Assembly: GCA_964016885.1 (NCBI GenBank)
Contig: OZ024747.1
Coordinates: 57,660,001-57,724,000 of the forward strand
Direction of reading: 5' to 3'
DNA length: 64,000 bases
Source of the DNA: Eledone cirrhosa
Lineage: Eukaryota
Within the stretch, counting starts at the first letter, position 1, and every line of letters begins with the position of its first letter. The notes under the pieces were generated by a model. That model had not been told where the DNA came from. It made no database searches and worked only from the letters and a program-made list of their open reading frames with translations. Shown in pieces: positions 13,116 through 25,724 of the stretch. Made by a program: the position numbers and the translations under genes.

Positions 13116-13444
13116 GTATATACAACTACATATACTACGCTTTTATCAAGTATATCCATTCCATTACACTCTTTAATATGGAATCGCCAACGTAGAATTA
13201 AATATCTATAATATATATTTCTTCGGAAACTATCTTAAGTTAAATTAATTATTAGCTACTCCTAATTGCATTTATCATTGACTACGTGATTAAAACCTCA
13301 CGTCAAGAAAATTTACAAGGTGTTGAAACAAGTAGCAATTAAGCTATTGTATTTCAATAGTGCATTTTACCTGTGTACGTTGATTGCTTTAAGTATGACA
13401 CTTTGTATCCACACTCATATATCTACTACTTTCTGCATAGCTAT

Positions 13445-13478
<34 letters not shown>

Positions 13479-13496
13479 TGTATGTATGTATGTATG

Positions 13497-15607
13497 TTCT
13501 TCTGGTTTTATAATTTCACAAAGTTTTACCAATAGAGAGAGAGTCGGTTTCTAACATAGACACAAGACTCTCTCATTGGAATTTACACAACATCAACTAG
13601 GTAGATATGTATGTATGCATGCATGTGTAGATATGGATGTATTGTATGTGTGGATGTGTATGTTTTGAGTTGTATGTGTGCATGTGTCTGTACATGTGTA
13701 TATGCAGTTATTAGATGCAACATTTTTGGAATGTTTTACATATTTTTACTGTTCCATTAATGGATTGTACTTGTAATTTCCTAACTAGTTGTGTTCTTTC
13801 TGTTCCTGTGAAGCCTAGCTTCTCAAGATTTGTATTGAGGCAGTTACTAACATATCCCAGTGCCCCAATAATCACAGGCATAAATCTGAAGGTGTAATCA
13901 GGGTGGAGTATCTGCAGATTTCTCATCAGTTCTGCATAAATATTCTCCTTTTCACTAATCTTTGATATTATATTGGCATCTGCTGGGCAGCTAATTTCCA
14001 CTACTGTGCATGTTTTCTTCTCCCTGTCCCATATCATAATATCTGGTCTGTTATGCCTGCATTTTATTGGGGTTTTTACTGGAACATTCCACCAGTACTC
14101 TTTCATATTATGTACATGTATGTCTTCCACATTGTTGTAGCTTTTAATGTGTTTATTATCGGGGCTACCTTTTTTACGAACTGCATTGTACAGTGTTTTG
14201 GCCACTACATCATGCCTCATAGGTAGATAGTGCCGCGATGACATCTTTGGGCAGCTGCTGATGACATGGGTGATATCCTCGATGTTAGTTCTGCAGAGTC
14301 TGCACTTGTTATCACATCTATGTGTTTTGCCTGCATCCCTATATCTTTTATGAATCAGGTATTTCGTGCTAATCTCCTGTTCTTGGATTGCAAAAGCGTA
14401 TCCTTCAAAGTGGGAGCCAATATAGCGGTTGTTGGTCCAAGATAGACTACTTTCCTTATCTATATTACTCTCACTCTGGAGCTTCCTGGCAACATATCCA
14501 TGCATGATTTTTTTGCTGATAGGCATGCAGTTTTTCATCCATGGATTCACTGCGATACTGCTGAGCGACATCCCTGGGTGTGAGTTTTTGATTATCACAC
14601 AGGGAATATCTCTCAAGGAGTTCCTTCCCAACTCTCCTGATCTTATCTGTTTCATGCAGATAGACTTGCTCGAGAAGCGGGCTCCTACGCTTCGAGGTTC
14701 GTAGATGTTGTCGGAGAGATATGATGTGACATTCAAATGTTGTCTGGACTGATGTTAGGCCTCTGCCTCCCTGCTTACGTTTCAAGTAAAGGCGGTCTAT
14801 GTCACTGTTGATGTGGAAGTTTCCGGTGTTGTTCAGTATTTTTCGAGTTCCAACATCAACTGCTCGAATTTCGTCTATCGTCCAATTGAGTATTCCAAAC
14901 GTTGGTGTTAGGACAGGCACAGCAAACACATTGTGAGCCACTGTTTTGTTTTGCGCAGAGAGTTCCGATGACCAGATCTTTCTTAATCGGCTGTAGTATT
15001 CCCTGGTTAAGCGTTCTTTATTACAGATACCATTATAGGATATGTTCTCATCTATCCCCAGGTATCTGTAGCAGTCCTCATCAGATATCGGTGAAACAGT
15101 TAGACCATTGATGATAATGTTGCTAGATTGGGTTGTTGTTTTTCCCCGCTTTACAGTCATGTATGAACATTTATCTTGGCCAAACTCCATTCCTATATCC
15201 TTTGAGAACGTTGTAACCAGGTCAAGATTTTTCTTCATCCCATCCACGTTCTTGGCATAGAGTTTCAGATCGTCCACAAAGAAGTTATGGGTTAGGTTCG
15301 TATTTCTGTCCTCCTGTGAGCCAATGATGTATCCCTCACATTTCTTGAGCAGAAAGGACAAGGGGTTTAATGACAAGATGAACAATATCACAGAGAGACT
15401 GTCCCCCTGAAATATACCCCTGCAATATTTTATTTTATCAGTGAAAATAGAGTCCTTCCTTTCTGTCTTTAACCTTAGGATAGTAGCCCAAGAAGAAGAC
15501 AGCCTCTCTATGGCTCTGACAATAATGTCTGGGACTTTAGCAAGTTGGAGGGCCTCTCTCATCCAAGAGTGGGGAACAGAATCGAAAGCTTTCTTGTAGT
15601 CCAGCCA
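13497..15607 (-). mobile_element. R4/Dong-like (RLE-type) non-LTR retrotransposon, 5'-truncated, one frameshift near 14510
   Basis: RT motifs WLDYKKAFDSVPH, GIFQGDSLS, HNFFVDDLKLY; CCHC CRLC..EDITHVISSC; RLE motifs RHD, HNRPDI, VVEISCP; stop at 13711; 3' UTR hairpin; (ATGT)n on both flanks. Confidence 0.92.
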
Positions 15608-15777
15608 TGTATGTATGTATGTATGTATGTATGTATGTATGTATGTATGTATGTATGTATGTATGTATGTATTTATGTATGTTATAAATACAATCATGCA
15701 TCTATTATACATAAACAAACATACACCACATTCACGCACACACACACACTTATATATATATATATATATATATAAGT

Positions 15778-15900
15778 AGAGTTATGGCCCTCTCCGTTCC
15801 GAGTTCAAATCCCGCCGAGGTTAGTTTTGCCTTTCATCCTTACGGGGTCGATAAAATAAAGCACCAGTAATGTACTGGGGATCGATTTAATCGACATCCC
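15778..15900 (+). mobile_element. SINE main family, partial
   Basis: GAGTTCAAATCCCGCCGAGG...GGGGTCGATAAAATAAAG. Confidence 0.85.
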
Positions 15901-15950
15901 CACCCCCTGTAATACATTAGATCAAATATATATATATATATATATATATA

Positions 15951-16120
15951 TAATGGAAAAATTTGAACAGGGACAAAACAGAGAGGCAGTACAACAAATG
16001 TTTATTAATTTCACGCTCTGGAGAGTGGGGTGTTGGTGGGGGACGACGTTTCGGGCATAAGCCCTTCCTCAGGTGGGAAGTGTGTGGGAACAGAGTTCAA
16101 AGGGTGTGTAGGGGAGTGGT
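15951..16120 (-). mobile_element. HHR cassette family D, copy 1
   Basis: Homologous to 44651-44820; contains minus-strand AC-CTGAGGA-AGGGC-TTAT-GCCC-GAAA-CG-TC-GT at 16043-16074 (stem I only 2 bp). Confidence 0.75.
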
Positions 16121-16389
16121 ATATATAAAGATAAATATTTGATCTAATGTATTACATTTTGGGGGTTTCTGGATTTTCCTTGATCCTCTTCATTTTCAGT
16201 CTGTGATCAACCTAATCTTCATCTATTACCCGACTGATACGACTGTCTATCTAGCAATCACCCTCATAAAATGACTCGACTTTCATCCTTATCAACGCAC
16301 CTATTATTGTCTTTCACACATCTATATTCCAATGTTGTCACTATGATATACCACACCTTAACTCGTGTGAATACCATACAGTCTATCAC

Positions 16390-16780
16390 TGATGGAGAAA
16401 TTGTTTCCATCCTATTGGATTACGGGATACCTATAGACAGGCAAATAAATGATAACAGGCTAGACATCGTCATCAAAGACGTGAGGCGAAAAGCATGCTT
16501 GTTAATGGATATGATGATGTCTACTGATAGAAACATCTGAACAAATTTTTTTGAAACCCTCTAAATACAAGGACCTTGTGCTGAAAACCAAATCATCCCT
16601 GTTGTTGTGGCTGCCCTGAGAACAACCAAGGACACATTTTACCAGATCTGAGGGAAACCAACAATCTACAAGTTTCAACCGCTCGCCTTCTCAAGTTTCT
16701 CTCTGTCTAATGTGTCTTATGTCTCTCTTTGAGATCCAGGAGGAAGATGAAATAAAATGAAAATCAAACTGAATAAAAAA
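16390..16780 (+). pseudogene. decayed R4/Dong-like 3' fragment (RLE domain)
   Basis: ILLDYGIPIDRQINDNRLDIVIKD...CLLMDM, then IIPVVVAAL-like segment. Confidence 0.65.
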
Positions 16781-16782
16781 TA

Positions 16783-17140
16783 ATAATTGTTTCGACTTTA
16801 GGCACAAGGCCAGCAATTATCCAGTGCATTACTGGTACTTTATTTTATCGACCCCGTAAGGATGAAAGGTAAAGTAAACCTCGGCGGGATTTGATAAATA
16901 AAAAATAATAATGACGATTTGTTAATAATTTTATGGTAGAGCAATATAAAGTGCCATATATAAGGGGGTATATTGAAATGTTAAATAATAATTGTTTCTA
17001 TTTTTGGCACAAGGCCAGCAATCACCCAGTACATTACGGGTACTTTATTTTATCGACTCCGTAAGGATGAAAGGCAAAGTTAACCTCGACGCGATTTGAA
17101 CTCAGATCATAAAGGGACGTAACTCTATGCTTCAAAGCAT
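16783..17140 (-). mobile_element. two SINE main-family copies (16783-16893, 16988-17140)
   Basis: Core and 3' end matches. Confidence 0.85.
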
Positions 17141-17202
17141 ATATATATATATGTCTATATATATGCATGTCTGTATATATTTGCATATATTAAATGTGTT
17201 TG

Positions 17203-17360
17203 TCGGACGCCATGTTTTCCAGCATAGTTACGTCCCTTTACGATCTGAGTTCAAATCCCGCCGAGGTTGACTTTGCCTTTCATCCTTACAGGGTCGATAA
17301 AATAAAGTACCAGTAATGCACTGGATAATTGCTGGCCTTGTGCCTAAAGTAGAAACAATT
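17203..17360 (+). mobile_element. SINE main family
   Basis: Plus-strand copy, inverted relative to 16988-17140. Confidence 0.9.
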
Positions 17361-17392
17361 AAATGTCTTTATATATACATGATGCTTGTTGT

Positions 17393-17448
<56 letters not shown>

Positions 17449-17569
17449 TAGATAGATAAACTATTATATATATATAAATACTTAGCTCCATATAAATGTC
17501 ATGTCGTGCTGTTTATCATGTTTACTATAATATAATCTTACACCAATATGAAAACACGAAGAACGTGTT

Positions 17570-17654
<85 letters not shown>

Positions 17655-17906
17655 GAGAGAACCGCAAAAACTGCGTATACACTTTACAGAATATAATTTA
17701 TTATTCGATTCAATAAATCTGTTTATCATATATTTTATATTGTATATTATCACTTAATACAATCTCGTGAGTTATTCTATTCGATATAGATAGGTTATAT
17801 AAATTATGTCACTGATGTATACTTATAAAGAGTTACTTATACTTATATATTGCATGCAAACTCTTTGATGTAGTGATGCGGTGATAACACATTTACAAAA
17901 ATCGAT

Positions 17907-17945
<39 letters not shown>

Positions 17946-18429
17946 TTATGTTAAGTTGTTTATTAGTGTGTGGAACTGGTGATTCCGGTTAGTAAACGAT
18001 GTTGCTATAAATTAAAGCATTCGACGTTATATAATTGTATCTTAGTTACATGGTAATGAAAGGGTTAACGATAGAGAGAAATGGTGGGTGGAGAATCGAC
18101 ACCAATGTCGGATTGGTACTTTATTTATTATCCATCGTGGATGTGGCATTCCGTGACTTTAAAATCATTAAACTCAACAGAAGGTAGGACTTGAAATTTA
18201 CTTTAGATGTTTGCCGTTATATAACACTGAATTGGCAGGATATCCCTGCATCGAATCTGTTCTCTGTTTGTGTTCATCGTTATCCTGTACCATTTTGGAA
18301 CTAATTATGCAACTAACACCTGATAAAATCGTCTACGTCTTGCATCATGATTGGTTGATGAAGCTTGGTCATTGAAATATGTATAATGTTTTCGCGTTGA
18401 ATGAAAATACTAACAATAGAATACTAATA

Positions 18430-18476
<47 letters not shown>

Positions 18477-18481
<5 letters not shown>

Positions 18482-18673
18482 AACCTCAAACCCTCCATCT
18501 CAATTCTACTTTTGAAAAGCAGAAGAACTACGAAACCGGTAAAGGAACCAAATAAATATATATTTTTTATATAAAAAGACTCCAGTTGCATTTTCGATTT
18601 CATCTTTCTTCTTTATACTTTCATTCGTGTAGGACACCTCGTTTTTTTTTTCATTTTGTAAAAAAACCCTCAC

Positions 18674-18680
<7 letters not shown>
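18477..18680 (+). mobile_element. HHR cassette family E, copy 1 (U3-A8 core variant)
   Basis: Homologous to 43161-43369; CTT-TTGAAAA-GCAG-AAGAA-CTAC-GAAA-CCGG-TA-AAG at 18509-18544; (TA)n flanks. Confidence 0.7.
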
Positions 18681-18728
<48 letters not shown>

Positions 18729-18760
18729 TACATACATTTATTATAGCCAGGTAGTGAGTC

Positions 18761-18807
18761 TTGTTACTCCGAATTTTCACCTGCGTAGCTGCAGGATCAT
18801 CAGACAA
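18761..18807 (-). ncRNA. hammerhead ribozyme (family F)
   Basis: Minus: TTGT-CTGATGA-TCCTGC-AGCTAC-GCAGGT-GAAA-ATTCGGAG-TA-ACAA; decayed relative at ~53200-53245. Confidence 0.7.
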
Positions 18808-20405
18808 TACTATTTTCTCTCGCCTGTGAACTACACGTAGATATTTCTGTATGTCTACCATACACAACTGTATGATGAATACGAATTTCTAATTGTCATC
18901 CAGTATAGACACAATCTAATGACTAGAAATATTGATAATATGGAGAAAATCATTTCCGTAGATGTGAATGGATGTTTGAGCAAGCGTTCATTACAATCCT
19001 ATCACTTTTATTGAAAGGAACTTAACATCTGGAATACTGGGAAACTTGTTCATGATTCATACACTGCAATTCTGCCGATTCATTCTTCAGAAATAAAGTT
19101 TATACCATGTAGTAGTCTTTCTAATTTATCATAATCGAGCGATCTCCTTCATTTCTTTCTTCCCCTCACTTCCTTTATCTGTTTCCATATAGAATAAGGG
19201 AATTTAATTTTGGTTTAATCGTAACTCAGACTGAAATATTCTTGTTTCTGAACTATTGTCCTTAATCAGCTTGCATTTACTGAAATATCTGTGAGATTCG
19301 AAAATATAGTGCTCCCAATGCTGATAAATATAATGATAGTTGAAGAATTCGGTTAAAATACTCACGAAAATGATACAAAGTGTGTAAAAAGGCACATGCG
19401 AATAATCGTGTGATGGATCATTAAGCAAAGCCAACCAGTACCGCTGTTGCCGTATATTTTAGAAAATTTAACTTAGAATGTAAATATCCAGATGGCGTAC
19501 GAAAACTTTGGGAAATCTGAAATTTGAAGATTTCCGTATCCAGAGGTACTTTTCCTTTTTTGCCAGCCATTATTCATAATGATCAACTACTATTATAGTA
19601 AACTTTATTGAGACCACAAGCTGTGTGATGGGACTTGCTAGTTAACATTTAATGGTGGAAGGAAGAGCTGATTAATTGCATTCGGCTGCTGTATCAACCC
19701 TCTAAGATAAACCTAACTGGAAGTTATTTCCATCAGGTCAACCCTTCGAGATGATGTTCTATTTGGAACTCATATCAAAGTAGTAGAGAACCACAGACTG
19801 CATTATTTTCCGACTGAAAACACTCCTGCTACATTATTTGATTTATAAGATATATCATATAACCACATCAGTTTCATAACGAGAGACATAATATGTTTGG
19901 ACACATCGTCTTCCCCTGTCAATCTAAGTTATTTCCTTATTTATGAATGTTACTGTGAACAAGGCATTAACAGTCATTTCTCTGTGGAGAAAAACGCATC
20001 GACATTTTAGATTGATACTATATGTGCATTCTCACCTTGCCACAGGTTTTCTTTACAATCATGTTTAGGCTATAACCCAGTGGAATAACATATCTATATA
20101 TCAGCGTCTTTTCCCTCCTATAACAATTCCTAAATCTATACCAGATGATTGAACTGAATTGGATTTTTATTGATATATAGAGATTGACTTACACTGACAG
20201 AAGGCGTTTGTCTGATTTTAGAACTGTCTATTATCTATATAGGTTATAACCTCGAAAATTGATTTAGATCAACGCTAGAAACGCACTCTTATGTAAAATG
20301 TATTATATAGAATTAATTAATCCATATTCCCCATAGTATGTACGTAATTTTTATCGAATATGTCCAATTGATTTTTCTAATACTGTAATGCCCCCCCCCC
20401 CCCCC

Positions 20406-20458
<53 letters not shown>

Positions 20459-20490
20459 TGTATGTATGTTTCATACCCCACACACACACA

Positions 20491-20535
<45 letters not shown>

Positions 20536-21169
20536 TAGATACAGATAGGTACATAGATAAATAGAGAGATATTGTGTATGTGTGTGGTGGACAACCCCCT
20601 CCCCGTAATTAGAGAATCTGTCACATTTCCTCTTTCAATTATTATGCCTTGTGAGTTTCACAATATACAGTAGAAAAATGTAAATCTAACCCAACGAGAG
20701 ACGAAATGCAAAATGGAGAACGAAAACGATGACAAGAACACCAATAATTATATTGGCTTAGCGCCATGTTGATTTGTTCCTCAGTCGACAAGTATGCACA
20801 TTCTGACAGGAAATAGGCAAACGAAATCTCAGATGAATTGGAATATCTCCAACATTGGTAAGAGGCCACTAATCCACTAAAGATTCAATATTTCATTTAC
20901 TTTCTTCCTTAAGGTTTTGCCAAACTGCGTGTCACTTCTAAACCCTTCGAATCTGATAGTGTCAGTTTCGAATCATTGGATTTCCCGAAATATCTGACCC
21001 GAAAATAAGAAAAGAGAAAAATAGTTTCAATCCATATGACAAATATCTTTATATATTTTGGTCAAGAAAGGAAGCAGAATACTTTGAATAACGACAATAT
21101 TCATCAAAAATAATCCCACAACACGACCAAAAAAAAAGAAGAAAAATAACTACTACGACTACTACCATA

Positions 21170-21383
21170 ATAATGGTTTCTGATTAAGGCACACAGCCAG
21201 CAATTGGGGGAAAGGAGAAAGTCGATTAAATCAGCACCAGTGAGTTACTGGTGCTTTATTTTATCGATCCCATAAGGATGAAAGGCAAAGTTAACCTCGG
21301 CGGGATTTGAACTCAGAACGTAAATAGTCATAACACTGTGCTGTAAAGCACGTTGTCTGATTCTCTAACGACACCACCACCCT
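21170..21383 (-). mobile_element. SINE main family, longer subfamily
   Basis: Core match. Confidence 0.8.
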
Positions 21384-21422
<39 letters not shown>

Positions 21423-21423
<1 letters not shown>

Positions 21424-21985
21424 TGGGCAGGGTGATCCACTGGCACCTATGCAAAGTAAACAATTTACCACATTCTGAGAAGTGGTATGAGCATAAGCCA
21501 GAGTCGGTGATAGAAAACGATCAGATGAAGGTGCTGTGGGATTTTAGGATACAGATGGACAAGAAACTGGAACACAATAGACCTGACCTGGTGGTTTTGG
21601 ACAAGGAAAAAAGATCGTGCCTTATTGTGGATGTGGCCTGCCCATTCGACACGAAAGTGCAAGAGAAGGAGAGGGAGAAAATTAACCGATACCAGGACTT
21701 AAAGTGGGAGGTGAAAAGGATTTGGAACTGCCATGAAGTCAAAGTGGTCCCAATTGTCATAGGCGCACTAGGTACTATCTCAAAAAGTTTCCAGGTATGG
21801 TTAAAGAAAATTGGCCCCTTCACGCTTTTTGGAACGCTTCAAAAGGCATGCTTGCTGGGAACAGTAAGAATCCTCCGATACGTCCTGAATATCTGAGGCT
21901 GCAGGTAGTGGCTTGATATTCATTTCAACAAACTTTCCAGTTAACTAACATCAATGACTGAGACTCAAAGAACAACAATAATAAT
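21423..21985 (+). mobile_element. Dong/R4-like retrotransposon 3' fragment (intact RLE ORF end) in (TAA)n
   Basis: IHWHLC...KWYEHKPE...LWDFRIQ.DK.LEHNRPDLVV...IVDVACPFD...EKINRYQDL; (AAT)n at 21386-21422 and AATAATAAT at the 3' end. Confidence 0.9.
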
Positions 21986-23619
21986 CTCTTTATCGGCCAC
22001 CATGACCTATATATAAAGATAAAGGACAGTGGAAGGTTTACAGAAAAATCGAGAAAATAATATAAAAATACGATAACAATAAACAATATAATTATAACAA
22101 TACAAATTACCCAATAGGGGAGAGAGGACCACCTAGGGGCGTCTCTGGAGCCCCACCAATCTTGAACCATACGACACTCCACGAACACACGAGGAGGGCA
22201 CCCCTCTCCTCTCTGAATCAGCTAGCCTACAGGCAAACCATAAAAAACTATAAACATATAATATTCCTTTGTATTGCTTACAAAACCTTAATTTCAATAA
22301 CCCTAAAAAACATACAATCTGTTTCTAGCAGAGCAAAAATAATGCCTCAAAAGGCCTTAGAATAAAATGGCAGAAGACAAAGAAGGGTCTGACATTATAT
22401 GGAATGAATTTTGGAAGAATGTCTACAATGAACTCTACACGTGTATCCTTTTAATGCAGTACTCTATCGATTCTAAGAAGCCACCCCTTATGCGAGTAAT
22501 AGTCTTGAAAAAAAAAGAAAAAAAAAAGCAGAATTAAAAAAACAACAACATTAAGAAAAATGACGAAAAACAATGAAGAAGACGAAAATGAGAAAAGTGA
22601 GGTGATGATGTAGAGGAGGAAGTCGTGGAAGAGAACAGTCGTAGGAAAATAGAAATACAATATTGGGAAATAACAAATAATGAATATTTTCAATTTAAAA
22701 AATTGGAACAGCCATTAAATTAATGAAATGGAATTCCACAATAATGTCAATAAAATAGCATGAAGAAGAAACAAAACAAGAAAATCATAACGAAATAGAA
22801 CCCAATAGATTAATCCAAAAATGAGGAAGAGAATTACAGATTTACAAAAAAGAATTTAGGAACGAATATCGAGTTTGTCTCTTTTCTCCAGTTCTTCTTA
22901 TTAAAACAATCAAAACACATAATTGAAAACTGTTATTTCATTTTAGGAAGAACATTAACGTAGATGGTTATTATATATAAACAGAAGTGTAAAGAAGAAA
23001 TTCTAAACTATGAAAATGATGGTTTTTAATTTTGGCACAATACCAGCAATATTTGGCGAGGAATGACAAATATTCTTCATTTTATGGGAATTTTTTAGAA
23101 TCACTCGGGTGTCGGTTTAAGAGCCTTGCTATTTCTTATGATTCACTGTGCTCTGAGTTCGAATCTCAAAGAGCCGTGGATTGGTGAAATTTTTAACGAG
23201 TCAGTATTTGGTCTAGTTCTGTGTATTCAGAATGCAATGTTCGCCTCCTTCTGCCAGGAGTTGTGATCAGCAGATACCATCACCAATGGAGATATCGTAT
23301 CCTTTGTCCAAACATACCATCGGCTCTTTTCTTTCCCTTTAGCAAATATTACACCAAATTTGAAGACACATTCGACTAAATGAGGGTTAAACTAGGGAGA
23401 AACTACTATTACACCTGCTGCTACTACTGGTAGTGTTTCGCATTTCAGCATGCACATGCGACAATATTAATTTGAGTGTCTATTTCTGTACCTCAATCTT
23501 GTTCTATGGAACTCCTAAATTCTAATTTCTAATATGTTCGTAAAAAAACAAAATACAATAAACCAAACAAATTAAATGCTAATCCATTCAAACTTTCTCT
23601 ATTGCAAGGCCTGTATATA

Positions 23620-23780
23620 CCTTCATTGGTCAATGAGCAAAAAGTATGGCGTTCAGATGTCTGAAAAGTGATAACAAAGGTCCCTGAAAGCGTCCTTGAA
23701 GTTCACAATTCCAACTGACAGCAGGCTTGAATATAAACAGCCTGATATTGTAGTTATGCACAGTTATAAAGTCAATATCC
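23620..23780 (+). pseudogene. decayed R4/Dong-like RLE fragment
   Basis: KFTIPTDSRLEYKQPDIVV resembles the WDF.I.TD..L.H.RPDIV motif. Confidence 0.5.
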
Positions 23781-23829
23781 CAAACTACACAAAAATAAGA
23801 ATCTTCTTTGCCCAATTATTGCTGAGAGG

Positions 23830-25400
23830 GTCGTGGGGAGGGGTGGGGAGGAAACATTCCCTCCAGCGGTTCCTCTCAGAAGCAACCATCTCCAACTAAT
23901 CCCGTTGGATCCCAAGCGTGACTCATGGATGTTATCCAACCATCTTCCTCGGGGTTTACCCCTGGGGGTCTCCTACCCGTTGGTTTTGCCCATAAAATCT
24001 ATACAGCGATTCTTTTCAGAGACATTTTAGCCACATGCCCATAATATCAAAGCTGTGATCTTTCAATTCGGAGAAGTAACGGCTCTACCTGGAGTGACTC
24101 TCTGATCTCCGAGTTACGCACTTTATAGAGTAACGTTACACCAAGACCCTTCGGAGGAATCCCATTTCGGCCGCTTGTCTCCACAATCATGTTCTTTCGA
24201 TCATTACCAAGATTCCCGATCATAGGTAAGGGTTGCACGAAAACCGAATTGAATACAGCGAGTTTGGCTTTTACGCCTACCTCCCTTCTTCTGATTACTC
24301 AATGCTAAAGCTGGCGCATTATTTACACTTAATACTTGCACTTAATTCAGCCTGATGTCTTCCATCACTCGTGAACACGGCCCGAGGAACTTGAATTTAT
24401 TCTCTATCTGCTTCAATGGAACTCCATTGACATGTAGCGTTCACTGTGCAAGATTCCTTGAGATGAAGAGTGTCTCAGTTTTCACAGCACTGATTTTCAT
24501 TCCAGCCATGCAGCACTCGGCATCAAACCTATCAAGTGCAAATCAAAGATCATCTTCTGTCTAGCTGTGTAACACCATGTCGATTTTACACCCGCCAGTC
24601 ATGACACCACTTCCAACATGGCTACGCATGTTAATCCTGTTCATGTAAATAATGAACAGGAGAGGTGGCAGTACGCACCCTTGGTGGAGTCAGACTCCCA
24701 TATTGAATGGTTTCGATTTAGCACCATTTATCCAGACACAAATGCTCGAGCATTCTTATAGAGACATCTGGGCAGCAAGAAGCTGATCATCAGTCCGATA
24801 CTCCTGCACACTCTTCCACAACAGATCCCGAAGAACGTGGTCATATGCCTTCTCAAGGTCGACAAAACAAAAATATACTTCATGGAAATACTCCCTTGAT
24901 TTCTCGAATATCTGCCGCAATATTTGGTCGACTGTTCATCAGTTAGCTTGGACTCGACAATTTCCCTAAATCTCTTTGTCAGACACTTAGCATAGAATTC
25001 CCCGGGGAGGCTTAACAAGGAGATCCCTCTGTAATTTGAACAATCTCTCTTGAAAATTGGGATTATCATTCCCCATTGCCATTGCTTAGGAGCTCTTCCA
25101 GAGATCCCGGCAACCCGGTACACATGAGTCAGTCAGAGAATACCTTCTCTCTTTAAAGCTTTTAACATCTCCGGCGGGATTTCATCTTCCCCGCCGGCTT
25201 TGCCACATTTGAGCTCTTTGACTGTTCTTGCGACCTCAACCTCTGAGAGATTAGTCATTGCTCGTGTACATCCGAAGATGCTGTTGTGATCAGGTTTAGG
25301 AGATCAGCAAAGCATTCTCTCCACCCCGTGAGGATGCAACTCGCTGAAGAGAGGAGAACCCCAGACGCATTCTTGATAGCGGGAGTGGAGGAGGGCTTCT
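23830..25400 (-). pseudogene. RTE-clade LINE fragment (RT to 3' end), multiply disrupted
   Basis: PKQWQWGMIIPIFK.DCSNYRGISLLSLPG; GVTLLYKVRNSEIRESLQVEPLLLRIERSQL. Confidence 0.85.
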
Positions 25401-25502
25401 TATTACGAGAATAAGAATGAAATACTAAATGCATCTCGATAAAATGGAAATACATAAGGTGAAGTAGTAGAAACTGTCGACGAGATGGGGATGATAATAA
25501 TG

Positions 25503-25724
25503 ATTATTTTTCTACATTTGGCACAAGACCAGCAATTTGAAGGGCAGGGAAAAGTCGACCAAATCAACCCCAGTACATTACTGTTACTTTATTTTATCGA
25601 CCTTGTAAGGGTGAAAGGTAAAGCTTAACCTCGACGGTTTTTGAACTCAGAGTGTAAAAGGCAATAACTCTATGTTTCACAGCATGTTGTCCGACGCTTT
25701 ACTGATACTGCCAATACACCGCCC
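25503..25724 (-). mobile_element. SINE main family, longer subfamily
   Basis: Core match. Confidence 0.8.

Noticed and set aside
21986-22250. Possible L1/Tx1 3' end on minus strand
   Set aside because: Only vague motif resemblance; not supportable without a database search
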